Positions 8,445 through 18,249 are shown, counted from the first letter of the stretch. The stretch is DNA of 61,646 bases from Bdellovibrionales bacterium (GCA_028283955.1 JANQSP010000022.1:1-61646); one strand, 5' to 3'. Notes: generated from the letters alone by a model not told the origin. Translations and numbers: made by a program.

Positions 8445-9164
8445 ATGCGAATGGAACCTATTTACACAGATATATTTTCTGAAGGTGAAAGTTTAATTAA
8501 TTTCATAATTAAACATGCTGAAGGTAAGTTAAAAGAAAAGTCAGTGCTGGCCATCACGTCTAAAATTGTCAGTCTGGCGGAAAACTGTACTCTTAATAAA
8601 GAGGGAATAGATAAAAAAAAGTTAATTCAAAAGGAATCTGAACGTTATCTTGGAGAAATAGGTTATGGTTGCCACCTGACTATTAAGCATGGTCTGTTAG
8701 TGCCTTCAGCAGGTATTGATGAATCCAACTCTGTTGATAATAAATATATTTTATATCCAAAAAACCCTTTTGCTTCCGCTGAAAAAATATGTAGAGAGGT
8801 TAAGAAAAAATTTTCTTTGAATGATTTCGGGGTGATCATTACGGATTCACGTACCTTTCCTCTGCGAAAAGGGGTAATAGGGGTGGCGTTGGCTTACAGT
8901 GGTTTTAAGGCCCTTAAGAGTTTAATAGGAAAAGAGGATCTTTTCGGTCGTCCGCTTCGAATAACAACAATTAATTTGGTGGATGCTTTAGCTGCTTCTG
9001 CTGTTTTGTTAATGGGAGAAGGAGCGGAACGGTGTCCTTTGGTGGGACTTTATGAAACTCCTGTGGTATTTACAAATAAAACGGATAAGACTGAGTTGGC
9101 CATTTCTGTGGAGGAGGATTTGTATAAGCCTTTATATCCCCCCCGGGTTTTTACAGATCGTTAA
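8445..9164 (+). CDS. CofE-like gamma-glutamate ligase, CT611-type folate ligase (alternative to FolC)
   Basis: TSKIVSLAE, LVPSAGIDESN, ILYPKNP, GVIITDS, PLRKGVIG, DLFGRPL, NLVDALAASAVLLMGEGAE match the CofE/CT611 family; folate context. Confidence 0.88.
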   Translation: MRMEPIYTDIFSEGESLINFIIKHAEGKLKEKSVLAITSKIVSLAENCTLNKEGIDKKKLIQKESERYLGEIGYGCHLTIKHGLLVPSAGIDESNSVDNKYILYPKNPFASAEKICREVKKKFSLNDFGVIITDSRTFPLRKGVIGVALAYSGFKALKSLIGKEDLFGRPLRITTINLVDALAASAVLLMGEGAERCPLVGLYETPVVFTNKTDKTELAISVEEDLYKPLYPPRVFTDR

Positions 9165-9884
9165 ATACTGTTGAACCACTGTTTTTAGTCCCTGATAAAG
9201 GGATTCACAGATCAGGGCATGGCCGATGGAAACCTCTTTGATTTGAGGAATCTTTTTCAGGAGCCAGGAAAGGTTATCCAGGTTCAAATCATGTCCGGCA
9301 TTAATTTCGATTTTTTCCTTAATTAATTTTTCTGCCGCATGGATATAGGTTTGGGTTACTTTTTCCCTTTGAGCAGTGTGATAGGCGGTGGCATAAGCTT
9401 CTGTGTAAAGTTCCACTCGTTCCGGTATTAGCTGAGTAAGAGAATCAAGTTCTGTTTCAGTGAGAGTGAAGGGATCTATAAACAAAGAGGTGCGAATATT
9501 ATACTTTTTTAAGGAAGTTAATACGTTGTCTAAAAAATCAAGGTTTTTGTGTACGGACCAACCGGCGTTGGATGTTAAGGCGGTGGGGGGGTCGGGTACC
9601 AAAGTACATTGATCTGGCCGTACTTTTTCCATAAGTTGTAAAAAATGAGGGCTCGGATAACCTTCCACATTTAGTTCTATTTCTTTGTGTGTTGTCAGGA
9701 GTTTTTTAATGTTCTGTACATCTGTATAAAGAATATGGCGTCCATCCGGACGGGGGTGGACGGTGATCCCTTTTACACCGAAATAGATCAATTTTTTTAC
9801 AGCCTCTATTAAATCCGGCTGATTTTTCCCTCTTGAATTGCGGAGAGTGGCAATTTTATTGACATTAACGCTGAGTCTGGTCAT
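9132..9884 (-). CDS. pdxJ: Pyridoxine 5'-phosphate synthase
   Basis: LSVNVNKIATLRNSRG, ITVHPRPDGRH, NVEG, TLVPD, SLFID, AGHDL, EVSIGHALI. Confidence 0.95.
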   Translation of the reverse strand: MTRLSVNVNKIATLRNSRGKNQPDLIEAVKKLIYFGVKGITVHPRPDGRHILYTDVQNIKKLLTTHKEIELNVEGYPSPHFLQLMEKVRPDQCTLVPDPPTALTSNAGWSVHKNLDFLDNVLTSLKKYNIRTSLFIDPFTLTETELDSLTQLIPERVELYTEAYATAYHTAQREKVTQTYIHAAEKLIKEKIEINAGHDLNLDNLSWLLKKIPQIKEVSIGHALICESLYQGLKTVVQQYLTICKNPGGI

Positions 9885-9908
9885 AAACTCCTCTTTCGGA
9901 TGGGAATT

Positions 9909-9930
9909 TTAACATAAATTTAATAAAGCT
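9909..9930 (+). promoter_or_regulatory. Candidate Pho box (direct repeat with 11-bp period)
   Basis: TTAACA at 9909-9914 and TTAATA at 9920-9925, exactly 11 bp apart, immediately upstream of pstS; resembles TT(A/T/C)ACA-type PhoP/PhoB half-sites. Confidence 0.4.
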
Positions 9931-9943
9931 TCACTCTGATCTG

Positions 9944-11038
9944 GTGTACTTTCAGGAGAGTGGTAAGAGGGTTTTAATTTTGCGTTCTTTCTGTTTTATT
10001 CTCATTTTAGCTTGTTTATTCCCGGTGATATCACAGGGCCAGCCCAGGCCGGTAAAATCAAAAAAACCTTTATTAATCAATGGAGCGGGCGCCTCTTTTC
10101 CTTACATTCTTTATTCTAAATGGTTTCTGGAGTATCGAAAGGTGGATCCGGATATCATGATTAATTATCGTTCTATCGGGAGTGGGGGCGGTATTCGTCA
10201 ATTTTTAACTGGCACTTTGGATTTTGGTGCTACTGATGTTCCTATGCAAAAAGAACAGATTCAAAAATCCAAAAAGGAGATATTGCATCTTCCAACCGCC
10301 CTGGGAGCGGTTGTAGTGAGTTATAACTTAAATTTGCCAAAAGAAGTGACTATTCGTTTAACAGGAGAAGTGCTTGCAGATATTTATATGGGGGAAATAA
10401 AAAAATGGAATCATCAAAGAATCATTGAGATTAATCCTGGTGTTTCTCTCCCCGCTCAAAATATTGTTCCTATTTATCGGGCTGATGGGAGTGGAACCAC
10501 AGCTGTTTTTACTGAATATCTGGGGCAATTTTCAGAAAATTGGATTAAAAAAGTGGGTAAGGGAAAATCGGTTAACTGGGCTACAGGTATCGGTGGTAAA
10601 GGAAATGAAGGGGTAATGGGTCTGGTTCAGAAAATACCGGGAAGTATAGGTTACCTGGCGATGAGCTATGCGATTAATCGTAAGCTGCCGATGGCGCACA
10701 TGCAGAACATGTCCGGACATTTTGTAAAAGCCAGTATTCACACTGTTAAAACTTCGGCAAAACAAATATTAAAAACAACAAATGATCTTTTTCATCCTCT
10801 CGTTGTTGCTAAAGGAGCGGATGTGTATCCTATGTCTTCTTATACTTACTTACTGGTGTACAAGGAGATGCTTTCAACAAAAGGACAGGCATTAGTGCAA
10901 TTTCTCAATTGGTCATTGGGAGCAGGGCAAAGTTTTTGCGAACAATTACACTACATATCCCTGCCTTCTGCAGTTGTGAAGAAAGTAAAAAACAAAGTTC
11001 GATCAATTAAAGTTGTTGATGATGACAAAAAAACCTAA
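9944..11038 (+). CDS. pstS: Phosphate ABC transporter substrate-binding protein
   Basis: GAGASFP, YRSIGSGGG, DFGATD, RADGSGTT, GKGNEGV. Probable start is TTG at 9980 after an AAGAGG RBS. Confidence 0.96.
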   Translation: MYFQESGKRVLILRSFCFILILACLFPVISQGQPRPVKSKKPLLINGAGASFPYILYSKWFLEYRKVDPDIMINYRSIGSGGGIRQFLTGTLDFGATDVPMQKEQIQKSKKEILHLPTALGAVVVSYNLNLPKEVTIRLTGEVLADIYMGEIKKWNHQRIIEINPGVSLPAQNIVPIYRADGSGTTAVFTEYLGQFSENWIKKVGKGKSVNWATGIGGKGNEGVMGLVQKIPGSIGYLAMSYAINRKLPMAHMQNMSGHFVKASIHTVKTSAKQILKTTNDLFHPLVVAKGADVYPMSSYTYLLVYKEMLSTKGQALVQFLNWSLGAGQSFCEQLHYISLPSAVVKKVKNKVRSIKVVDDDKKT

Positions 11039-12056
11039 TCCGGTTTTTATTTTTTCCTTCCTGTCCTTTCTAAAAAGAAAGCAGGAGAAAAGAGACATTC
11101 ACATTCAGGATCGTCTCTTTTATTTTTTTCTTAAAGGTCTTTCCTGGTCTCTTATCTTTTTGTTTTTTTACATGTTGTTTGTTATTTTTCAGATGTCCTG
11201 GCCGGCCTTTTCTCATTTTGGGATGAAGTTTTTTGTTAATATAGAATGGAACAGTTGGACAAAAAATTTTGGGGCCTTATCTCTGATTTATGGAACAGCT
11301 GTTACTTCTTTTTTAGCTTTGCTGTTGGCTGTTCCGGTGAGTGTGGGAGTGGCCCTTTTTCTGAATGAATTATCGCCGGGTTGGCTGGCAAGGCCGCTTG
11401 GTTTTGTTGTGGAAATGCTGGCAGCTGTGCCTTCCATTGTATATGGCTTGTGGGGTTTATTTGTACTGGCACCGGTATTGAGAGATTATGTCCAGTCCTT
11501 TCTTTCAAAATATCTTTCTTTTTTACCTATTTTTCAGGGAAATTATTATGGGGTCGGTATGATGTGTGGAGGTGTTATTTTGGCTATTATGATTATACCG
11601 ACTATTTCTTCTATTTGTAGAGAGGTGTTTCGTACTATTCCTGAAGCTAACAGGGAGGCTGTTTTAGGTTTAGGCACCACTCGTTGGGAAATGCTGAAAA
11701 TAGCCGTATTAAAAGGAAGTTCCACCGGTATTATTGGAGCGGTTATTATGGGATTGGGAAGAGCGTTGGGAGAGACTATGGCGGTTACTATGGTAATAGG
11801 TAATGCCACTTCTATTAAAGCTTCTCTTTTTGAACCCGCTCAAACTATGGCGAGCATTTTAGCCAATCAATATGCTGAAGCGGATAATGAATTACATCTG
11901 GCCTCTTTAACAGCTGTCGGGTTTTCTTTATTTTGTCTCTCTCTTATTATTAACATTTTGGCTTTATTATTAGTGTGGAGAATGGAGAAAAAATTTTACC
12001 CAAGGAGAAAAAATAGGAAAAATAATGTTTTCTCTATAGGAAAAGTGAAAGTGTAA
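11013..12056 (+). CDS. pstC: Phosphate ABC transporter permease
   Basis: LAAVPSIVYGLWG, LAIMIIPTI, LGRALGETMAV. Confidence 0.96.
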   Translation: MLMMTKKPNPVFIFSFLSFLKRKQEKRDIHIQDRLFYFFLKGLSWSLIFLFFYMLFVIFQMSWPAFSHFGMKFFVNIEWNSWTKNFGALSLIYGTAVTSFLALLLAVPVSVGVALFLNELSPGWLARPLGFVVEMLAAVPSIVYGLWGLFVLAPVLRDYVQSFLSKYLSFLPIFQGNYYGVGMMCGGVILAIMIIPTISSICREVFRTIPEANREAVLGLGTTRWEMLKIAVLKGSSTGIIGAVIMGLGRALGETMAVTMVIGNATSIKASLFEPAQTMASILANQYAEADNELHLASLTAVGFSLFCLSLIINILALLLVWRMEKKFYPRRKNRKNNVFSIGKVKV

Positions 12057-12074
12057 TACGGAAAGAGTTTTTTA

Positions 12075-12992
12075 ATGTCTTCGGAAAAAGAACTGAGTTT
12101 GGATAATGGTGCGGTAATATATTCTTACTCCCTTAGGGATAGGTGGCGTAAATGGTGTAATTACTTTATGCTTGGGTGTTTGTTTCTTCTCAGTTTAATT
12201 GCGGCTATTCCCTTTTTATTTATAGTGTATTATGTTTTGGCAAAGGGTATTTCTTCCGTTAATTGGGATTTTTTTACCCAGCTCCCGAAACCACCCGGAG
12301 AAGAGGGGGGGGGGATGTCGAATGCTCTTATTGGCAGTTTGGTTGTTGTAGGTATGGCCAGTCTTGTAGGTATTCCCTGGGGAATGGGGATGGGTGTTTA
12401 TCTGAGTGAGTACAGAGCTACCAGGACGGCCAAGGCACTAAGATTTGTGGTAGATTTACTTATCAGTGCTCCTTCTATTGTGATAGGTATTTTTATTTAT
12501 GGTTTTATCGTAGTCAGATATGGTTTTTCTTCTTATGCCGGTTCGGCAGCTTTATTGTTGATAATGTTACCTGTTGTTGCCAAAGGTACGGAGGAGATTT
12601 TAAAAATGGTGCCTAATCATATTCGTGAAGCCGGTTTGGCTTTAGGTATTCCCAGGTGGAAAGTCATTGTTCGTATTATTATTCCAAGTGTTTTAAGTAT
12701 GTGTGTGACAGTTATTATGCTGGCTATTGCCCGAATTGCAGGAGAGACGGCCCCTCTTTTGTTTACGGCTTTAGGAAACCAGTATCATATAAGGGATCTG
12801 AGTGAACCTATAGCCACTTTACCGGTTCAAATATATGAATTTTCCAAAAGTGGTTTTGAGCAAATGGAGAAGCAGGCCTGGGCGGGAGCTATGGTTTTAG
12901 TGCTTTTTGTGTTTTTTATTAATTTTTTTACAAGGATGTTTTTGTTTTTTTATAAGAAGGATAAAATAAAGCCTTTTCAAAAGGGGAAATAA
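12075..12992 (+). CDS. pstA: Phosphate ABC transporter permease
   Basis: [31 protein letters not shown]. Confidence 0.96.
   Translation: MSSEKELSLDNGAVIYSYSLRDRWRKWCNYFMLGCLFLLSLIAAIPFLFIVYYVLAKGISSVNWDFFTQLPKPPGEEGGGMSNALIGSLVVVGMASLVGIPWGMGMGVYLSEYRATRTAKALRFVVDLLISAPSIVIGIFIYGFIVVRYGFSSYAGSAALLLIMLPVVAKGTEEILKMVPNHIREAGLALGIPRWKVIVRIIIPSVLSMCVTVIMLAIARIAGETAPLLFTALGNQYHIRDLSEPIATLPVQIYEFSKSGFEQMEKQAWAGAMVLVLFVFFINFFTRMFLFFYKKDKIKPFQKGK
12305..12314 (+). repeat. Homopolymer G10 tract inside pstA
   Basis: GAG GGG GGG GGG ATG; ten consecutive G, the longest G/C run I noticed in the window. Confidence 0.9.
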
Positions 12993-13750
12993 TGAGTGAT
13001 GTACTTGTAAAAATCCGGAATCTAAGCGCTTCTTTTTCTTCCGTGACGGTTTTAAAAAATATTAACCTGGAAATTCCCTCTCGAAAAGTGGTGGCTTTTA
13101 TTGGTCCTTCCGGTTGTGGGAAATCGACTTTTTTACGTTGTTTGAATCGTATGCATGAAGAAGTACCCGGTGCTGATATTCAAGGTCAGATTTTCCTGGA
13201 AGGCCAGAATATTTATGAAAAACATATTGATCCGGTTTTGGTTCGCAGAAAAGTGGGAATGGTGTTTCAAAAACCAAATCCGTTTCCAGGTCTTAGTATT
13301 TTTGATAACGTGGCGGTGGGTCTTAAATTGATGGGTGTTAAAAAGAGGGTTTTGTATGAAAGAGTGGAAGACTCTCTTAAACAGGCCGCTCTTTGGGGTG
13401 AAGTGAAAAATATTTTAAAACGTCAGGGTACTTCTCTGTCGGGTGGGCAGCAGCAGCGTCTTTGTATTGCCCGTGCTTTGGCTATTAATCCCTCCGTTGT
13501 GTTAATGGATGAACCTACATCGGCGTTGGATCCTATATCCACTGCTCGTATTGAAAATTTAATTAGAAGGTTAAAAGAGAAAGTAACAGTGATTATTGTT
13601 ACACACAATATGCAACAGGCTTCGCGTATATCAGATAAAACGGCTTTTTTGCTTTCCGGAGAATTGGTGGAATATGAAAAAACATCGAAGATATTTACTA
13701 ATCCATCAGAAGTCAGAACAGAATCCTACATTACAGGGAGATTTGGCTGA
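12992..13750 (+). CDS. pstB: Phosphate ABC transporter ATPase
   Basis: [51 protein letters not shown]. Confidence 0.97.
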   Translation: MSDVLVKIRNLSASFSSVTVLKNINLEIPSRKVVAFIGPSGCGKSTFLRCLNRMHEEVPGADIQGQIFLEGQNIYEKHIDPVLVRRKVGMVFQKPNPFPGLSIFDNVAVGLKLMGVKKRVLYERVEDSLKQAALWGEVKNILKRQGTSLSGGQQQRLCIARALAINPSVVLMDEPTSALDPISTARIENLIRRLKEKVTVIIVTHNMQQASRISDKTAFLLSGELVEYEKTSKIFTNPSEVRTESYITGRFG

Positions 13751-13828
13751 GTATTTTTACTATCATCTGTTTTTTTGCGGGCAGTAGTGTATAATAGAGT
13801 TAATGGATTCCTTTTTTAAGAGGTTAAA

Positions 13829-14533
13829 ATGAGGAAAATACAAAACAAGCTGGATGAGCGACTTAATTATATTCGTTCATTAATTTTGGATATGGGTGGT
13901 TTTGTGGAGAAAACTATTGCCAGTGCTTGTGACTTATTATTAGACAAAAATCCAAACCCTAATATCATGCATGAACTCAAAATGAGGGAAGAGGAAATTA
14001 ATACCCTTCAGTTAAGAGTGTCCAGGGTGTGCTTTAAAATTTTGGCCCGGGAATCGCCTGTAGCCGGGGATTTGAGATTAATTTTGGCTATTGTAAACGC
14101 TAATACAGATTTGGAAAGAATGGGTGATTTGGCTTTTAATATCGCTATGAAGGTGGAATCAATTGAGAAAGATCCTATATTGGATGAAATCATTCATATG
14201 TATGAAAGTATGTTCGCTCAAGTGAGTAAGATGGTACATAGTTCTCTTGATGCTTTTGTAGCGGAAGATGAAAGGCTGTCTCGTAAAATTCTTATTCAGG
14301 ATGATAATGTGGATCAAATAAGAGATAAAGTTCGTAAAGGACTGGAAGATATTACTTTATCCCATAACCGTTTAATAAAACCTTGTATTGATTTAATTAT
14401 TATGGCTGGTGAGTTGGAAAGGATTGCTGATCACGCCACTAATATTGCAGAGGAAGTCATTTTTCTAAAGACGGGTGATGATATCAGACATCAGGATATT
14501 CCTGACCAACCTGAAGAGGAGTATAAAAAGTGA
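13829..14533 (+). CDS. phoU: Phosphate signalling protein PhoU
   Basis: PVAGDLR, DLERMGD, ELERIADHATNIAE. Confidence 0.95.
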   Translation: MRKIQNKLDERLNYIRSLILDMGGFVEKTIASACDLLLDKNPNPNIMHELKMREEEINTLQLRVSRVCFKILARESPVAGDLRLILAIVNANTDLERMGDLAFNIAMKVESIEKDPILDEIIHMYESMFAQVSKMVHSSLDAFVAEDERLSRKILIQDDNVDQIRDKVRKGLEDITLSHNRLIKPCIDLIIMAGELERIADHATNIAEEVIFLKTGDDIRHQDIPDQPEEEYKK

Positions 14534-15249
14534 ATGGTGTACTACTCCACTCCATACTTGTTGTTGAAGATGAGTTGGATATTCAAAATCTTATGTGTTT
14601 GCATTTATCACGTGAAGGGTATCATGTGGAGTCCGTTCAGACGGGTAAGGAAGCGTACAACATGCTTTCCAATCATTCTTATCAATTGGTTATACTGGAT
14701 TGGATGATACCGGATATTAGTGGTTTGGAGCTTTTAAGGTGGATGAGAAATACAAGTACTTCCTATAAAAACACTCCGGTTTTGTTTGTTACAGCAAAGT
14801 CGGACCCGGAGGATATTGTACAAGGTCTGGAGAATGGGGCGGACGATTACCTGACTAAACCTTTTGATTTTTCTGTGTTTAAAGCGCGTGTGAATAATTT
14901 GATAAGAAGATTAAAATTTATGGATACCCTTGAGGAATCAGATAAAGGAAAGGATTTAAAATTTAAATTAGGGGATCTTGTTGTTGATACAAGTGCCCAT
15001 AAAGTGTTTATTGAGAATAATGAAGTTGTTTTAACATTTTCAGAATTTCGTCTATTGGAGATTCTCCTTAGAAATCAAGGTAAAGCTCTATCGAGAAAGC
15101 AGATGATTAGTTTTATTCAGGGTGAGGATATAAATGTGACAGGCCGGACGGTAGATACTCATATTTCCATTTTAAGAAAAAAAATAGGAAAATACGGTAA
15201 GTTTATTGAAACAGTCAGGGGTATAGGTTATCGAATTGGATTTATCTAA
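14530..15249 (+). CDS. phoB: OmpR/PhoB-family response regulator, probable PhoB
   Basis: VVEDE, LDWMIP, GADDYLTKPF, EFRLL, RTVDTHI, ETVRGIGY; follows phoU. Confidence 0.88.
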   Translation: MNGVLLHSILVVEDELDIQNLMCLHLSREGYHVESVQTGKEAYNMLSNHSYQLVILDWMIPDISGLELLRWMRNTSTSYKNTPVLFVTAKSDPEDIVQGLENGADDYLTKPFDFSVFKARVNNLIRRLKFMDTLEESDKGKDLKFKLGDLVVDTSAHKVFIENNEVVLTFSEFRLLEILLRNQGKALSRKQMISFIQGEDINVTGRTVDTHISILRKKIGKYGKFIETVRGIGYRIGFI

Positions 15250-16495
15250 CTTAGGTCTTTTATTTTTTTTTGCTATTTTGTTTTTTATTGTTGGTGCTTT
15301 TTCTGTTTATATTCCTTTTCGAAATTTAAAAAGGAAAATTGTCACGTTCATCAAAACGTCTGATCTCCCTCCTGATTTTTCAAAAAGTTTGTTGGAATTG
15401 GATATAATGGCTCAATTGAACCGTTATGCCACACAGATTAAAAATCAGGTTAAACATCAATCTGATCAACTTCTTTTTTTACAAAAAAAAATGGATAGTG
15501 TTACTTCCATGACGAAAGAGGCTATCATTATTTTAAATGAACAGGGCCAGTTACTGTTTCATAATCCTCAAAGTTGTGAAATATTTCATTTGGATGAGAA
15601 AAAGCAAGTTCACTATTTAAATGAGATGACCCGATCCCCTGATATAATGAATATATTTAAACAGTGTGTGCAAAGGGAGAGTGTGGTCAAGAAAGAATGT
15701 GTATTTGGTAAAAAGAATCAATATATTAAAAGTAACTTTCAAGTGACGGCTGTGCCAATTATTTATAAAAGCGTGGAAATTAAAAATGTAGTTTTATTAT
15801 TTTATGATCAAACCGATATTAAAGAATCACAGCAGGCACATATTGATTTTGTATCCAATGTTTCTCATGAATTAAAGACACCTCTCACTGCTATCCAGGG
15901 ATATGTGGAAATGCTTATTCATGATTGCTCACAGGGAAAATTTGATCAATTTAACAGTTTTTTGCAAATTTTATTAAGAAACAGTAAGCGAATGGGAGAT
16001 CTGGTGGATGATCTTATGAGCTTATCCAATTTAACCTCGCAATCTTATTTGGAAAAGAAAAGGCTCGATACAAAAGAAATCACAAGTAATGTTATAAAAC
16101 AAATAAAGCCTGTTGATCATGAATTGCATTACTTTTTTTCCGCTCCTTATGTAATGGCGAATCCTACATGGGTGGAAACAGTCTTGTATAATTTAGTGGA
16201 CAATGCCTGCCGCCATACAGCTAAGGGTTGTGATGTGTATGTTCGGTGGGAGAAAATGAAAGATCGGGTTGTTCTTAAAGTAAAAGATAGTGGAGAGGGA
16301 ATTTCAGAAAAGTACAGGCAGAGAATTTTTGAACGTTTTTTTAGAATAGATTCTGCCCGGTCCAGGAAAAGAGGAGGCACAGGAGTGGGCCTGGCCCTGG
16401 TTAAACAGTGTATGGAGAAACATGGCGGTTGTGTACGTGTTGTTTCCGCTCCATCCAGTGGTACTGAGTTTATATGTGAATTTCCCAATGCCTGA
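15236..16495 (+). CDS. phoR: Sensor histidine kinase with PAS-like region, probable PhoR
   Basis: H-box NVSHELKTPLT, N-box NLVDNA, DSGEGI, FERFFR, GTGVGL; pst-pho context. Confidence 0.88.
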   Translation: MDLSNLGLLFFFAILFFIVGAFSVYIPFRNLKRKIVTFIKTSDLPPDFSKSLLELDIMAQLNRYATQIKNQVKHQSDQLLFLQKKMDSVTSMTKEAIIILNEQGQLLFHNPQSCEIFHLDEKKQVHYLNEMTRSPDIMNIFKQCVQRESVVKKECVFGKKNQYIKSNFQVTAVPIIYKSVEIKNVVLLFYDQTDIKESQQAHIDFVSNVSHELKTPLTAIQGYVEMLIHDCSQGKFDQFNSFLQILLRNSKRMGDLVDDLMSLSNLTSQSYLEKKRLDTKEITSNVIKQIKPVDHELHYFFSAPYVMANPTWVETVLYNLVDNACRHTAKGCDVYVRWEKMKDRVVLKVKDSGEGISEKYRQRIFERFFRIDSARSRKRGGTGVGLALVKQCMEKHGGCVRVVSAPSSGTEFICEFPNA

Positions 16496-16496
16496 G

Positions 16497-17492
16497 TTAT
16501 TGTTTTGTAAGTTCATTAATGGCTTTTAAAATTTCAGGTTTTGGGTTGTGTTTGTAATTATTTAAAATAGCTCCAGAAGAGGTAATATGTCCTCCTCCAT
16601 TAAATAATTCAGCTAACTTTAACACATTCCATTTTTTGCTTCTAAAACTCAGCTTATATTTGTTTTCTGATAGATTGATAATGAGTACAGACAGTTGGGT
16701 GGAATGCACTTCCAGGGTTATATCCAGGAAATCGCATGCGTCTTCTATATTGAGGTCTTTTTTTCTTAATTCTTCTTCTGTTATTTCTATTATGGCTACT
16801 TTACTTTGATGAAAGTATTCTGTTTCTTTAATTATTTCAGAGAGCAGGTTCATTTTTTCCAGTGAATTCATGCCGAATAATTGATTATAAATGTTTTCAT
16901 TGTCTGTAATGTATTGGCATAAATCAGCACAAATTTTATGGGATGTTTCAGAATTTTTAATAAACTGGAATCTTTGAGTATCAAATACAATACTGACGTA
17001 AAGGGGTGTTGCTATAGATGGATCCATACTTATCCCCATTTCCTTTAATAGAAAATAGGATATTTCACCTGTACTGGCAGCTGTAGTATCTACTATAGAG
17101 TTTGTGGAAAGCTCAGGACTTGTCTTTAAGATAGGGTGGTGGTCGATATAAATAATTTCTTTGCATTTTTCCTGTAGTTCTTCATAAAGAGGTTGAATCC
17201 TTCGGTAGTCATTTGTATCAAAGACCAAAGCTATTTCCGCCGGTTCAATAGTATTTTTGAGTTGATCAAACCTCTCCGTGTATTTTTCAGGTGATAGGAA
17301 ATGATATTTACTTGATACTCTATCTACCGTGATGGCTCTAACCGGTTTGTTTACTTTATTAAGGGCGTGATAGACACCCAACATGGATCCCAAACCGTCT
17401 CCATCACACATTTTGTGAGTGCTGAGTATGACGTTTTTAGCTTCGTTGATTTTGCGAGCCAGCCCTTTCAGCTGCACTTGTATGTCAGACAT
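16497..17492 (-). CDS. nrnA: DHH/DHHA1 phosphoesterase (NrnA / pAp phosphatase family)
   Basis: THKMCDGDG, FDTN, IDHH, SFRS, GGGH. Confidence 0.82.
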   Translation of the reverse strand: MSDIQVQLKGLARKINEAKNVILSTHKMCDGDGLGSMLGVYHALNKVNKPVRAITVDRVSSKYHFLSPEKYTERFDQLKNTIEPAEIALVFDTNDYRRIQPLYEELQEKCKEIIYIDHHPILKTSPELSTNSIVDTTAASTGEISYFLLKEMGISMDPSIATPLYVSIVFDTQRFQFIKNSETSHKICADLCQYITDNENIYNQLFGMNSLEKMNLLSEIIKETEYFHQSKVAIIEITEEELRKKDLNIEDACDFLDITLEVHSTQLSVLIINLSENKYKLSFRSKKWNVLKLAELFNGGGHITSSGAILNNYKHNPKPEILKAINELTKQ

Positions 17493-17766
17493 TATGGCAT
17501 CCTTAATTTATTTGGTGAGTAATAGATAAGTTTTCTGTCCTTTTACTGTAATCATACCTATATTTTTCGTTTTTATTAACGACAAACTAAAATAATATGT
17601 TTTGAGGGTTTGTCGGCTGTTTTTTTTATTTTAAGAATAAGGAAAAATATAGTAATTTTAAATACTTATGAGTAATTCAGAAAATAAAGACGTTTTTTGT
17701 ACTTTCTATCTTGTCTTGTTGTAATTTTTTAATAATATAAGGATTTTTAACAAAGAGGGATCAAAA

Positions 17767-18249
17767 GTGGCTGGTAATAGAAAACCCATGACTTTACATG
17801 GCAAAGCTTTATTGGAAAAAGAATTGAAGCATCTTATAGAGGTGGAACGACCTCAGATTATTTCTGCCATTGAAGTGGCCCGTGGACATGGAGACTTAAG
17901 CGAGAATGCGGATTACTCAGCAGCCAAGGAACGACAGGCTCATATTGAGGGCCGTATTTCCACTATTAGTGATACTTTAAGTAATGCTGAAGTGGTGGAC
18001 ACTTCAAAAATTAACTCCGATAAAGTGACTTTTGGTGCCTATGTTCACATAAAAGAAGAAGAGACGGGCCGAAAGAAGCTCTATCAAATAGTGGGAGAGG
18101 ATGAGGCGGATGTCAGTCAGGGAAAAATTTCCATTAATTCTCCATTGGCCCGTAGTCTTATTGGTCGAAAAAAAGAGGAAGAGTTTGAGTTTCACAGCCC
18201 GGGGGGAAGGGAAAAAATTTATCAAATTTTGGAGTTCTACTTTAAATAA
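17767..18249 (+). CDS. greA: Transcription elongation factor GreA
   Basis: ARGHGDLSENADYSAAK, YQIVGEDEAD, ISINSPLARSL. Confidence 0.96.
   Translation: MAGNRKPMTLHGKALLEKELKHLIEVERPQIISAIEVARGHGDLSENADYSAAKERQAHIEGRISTISDTLSNAEVVDTSKINSDKVTFGAYVHIKEEETGRKKLYQIVGEDEADVSQGKISINSPLARSLIGRKKEEEFEFHSPGGREKIYQILEFYFK

Noticed and set aside
17493-17766. 275-bp intergenic region as an sRNA or small ORF
   Set aside because: Extremely AT-rich divergent promoter region with no stable stem or credible ORF.
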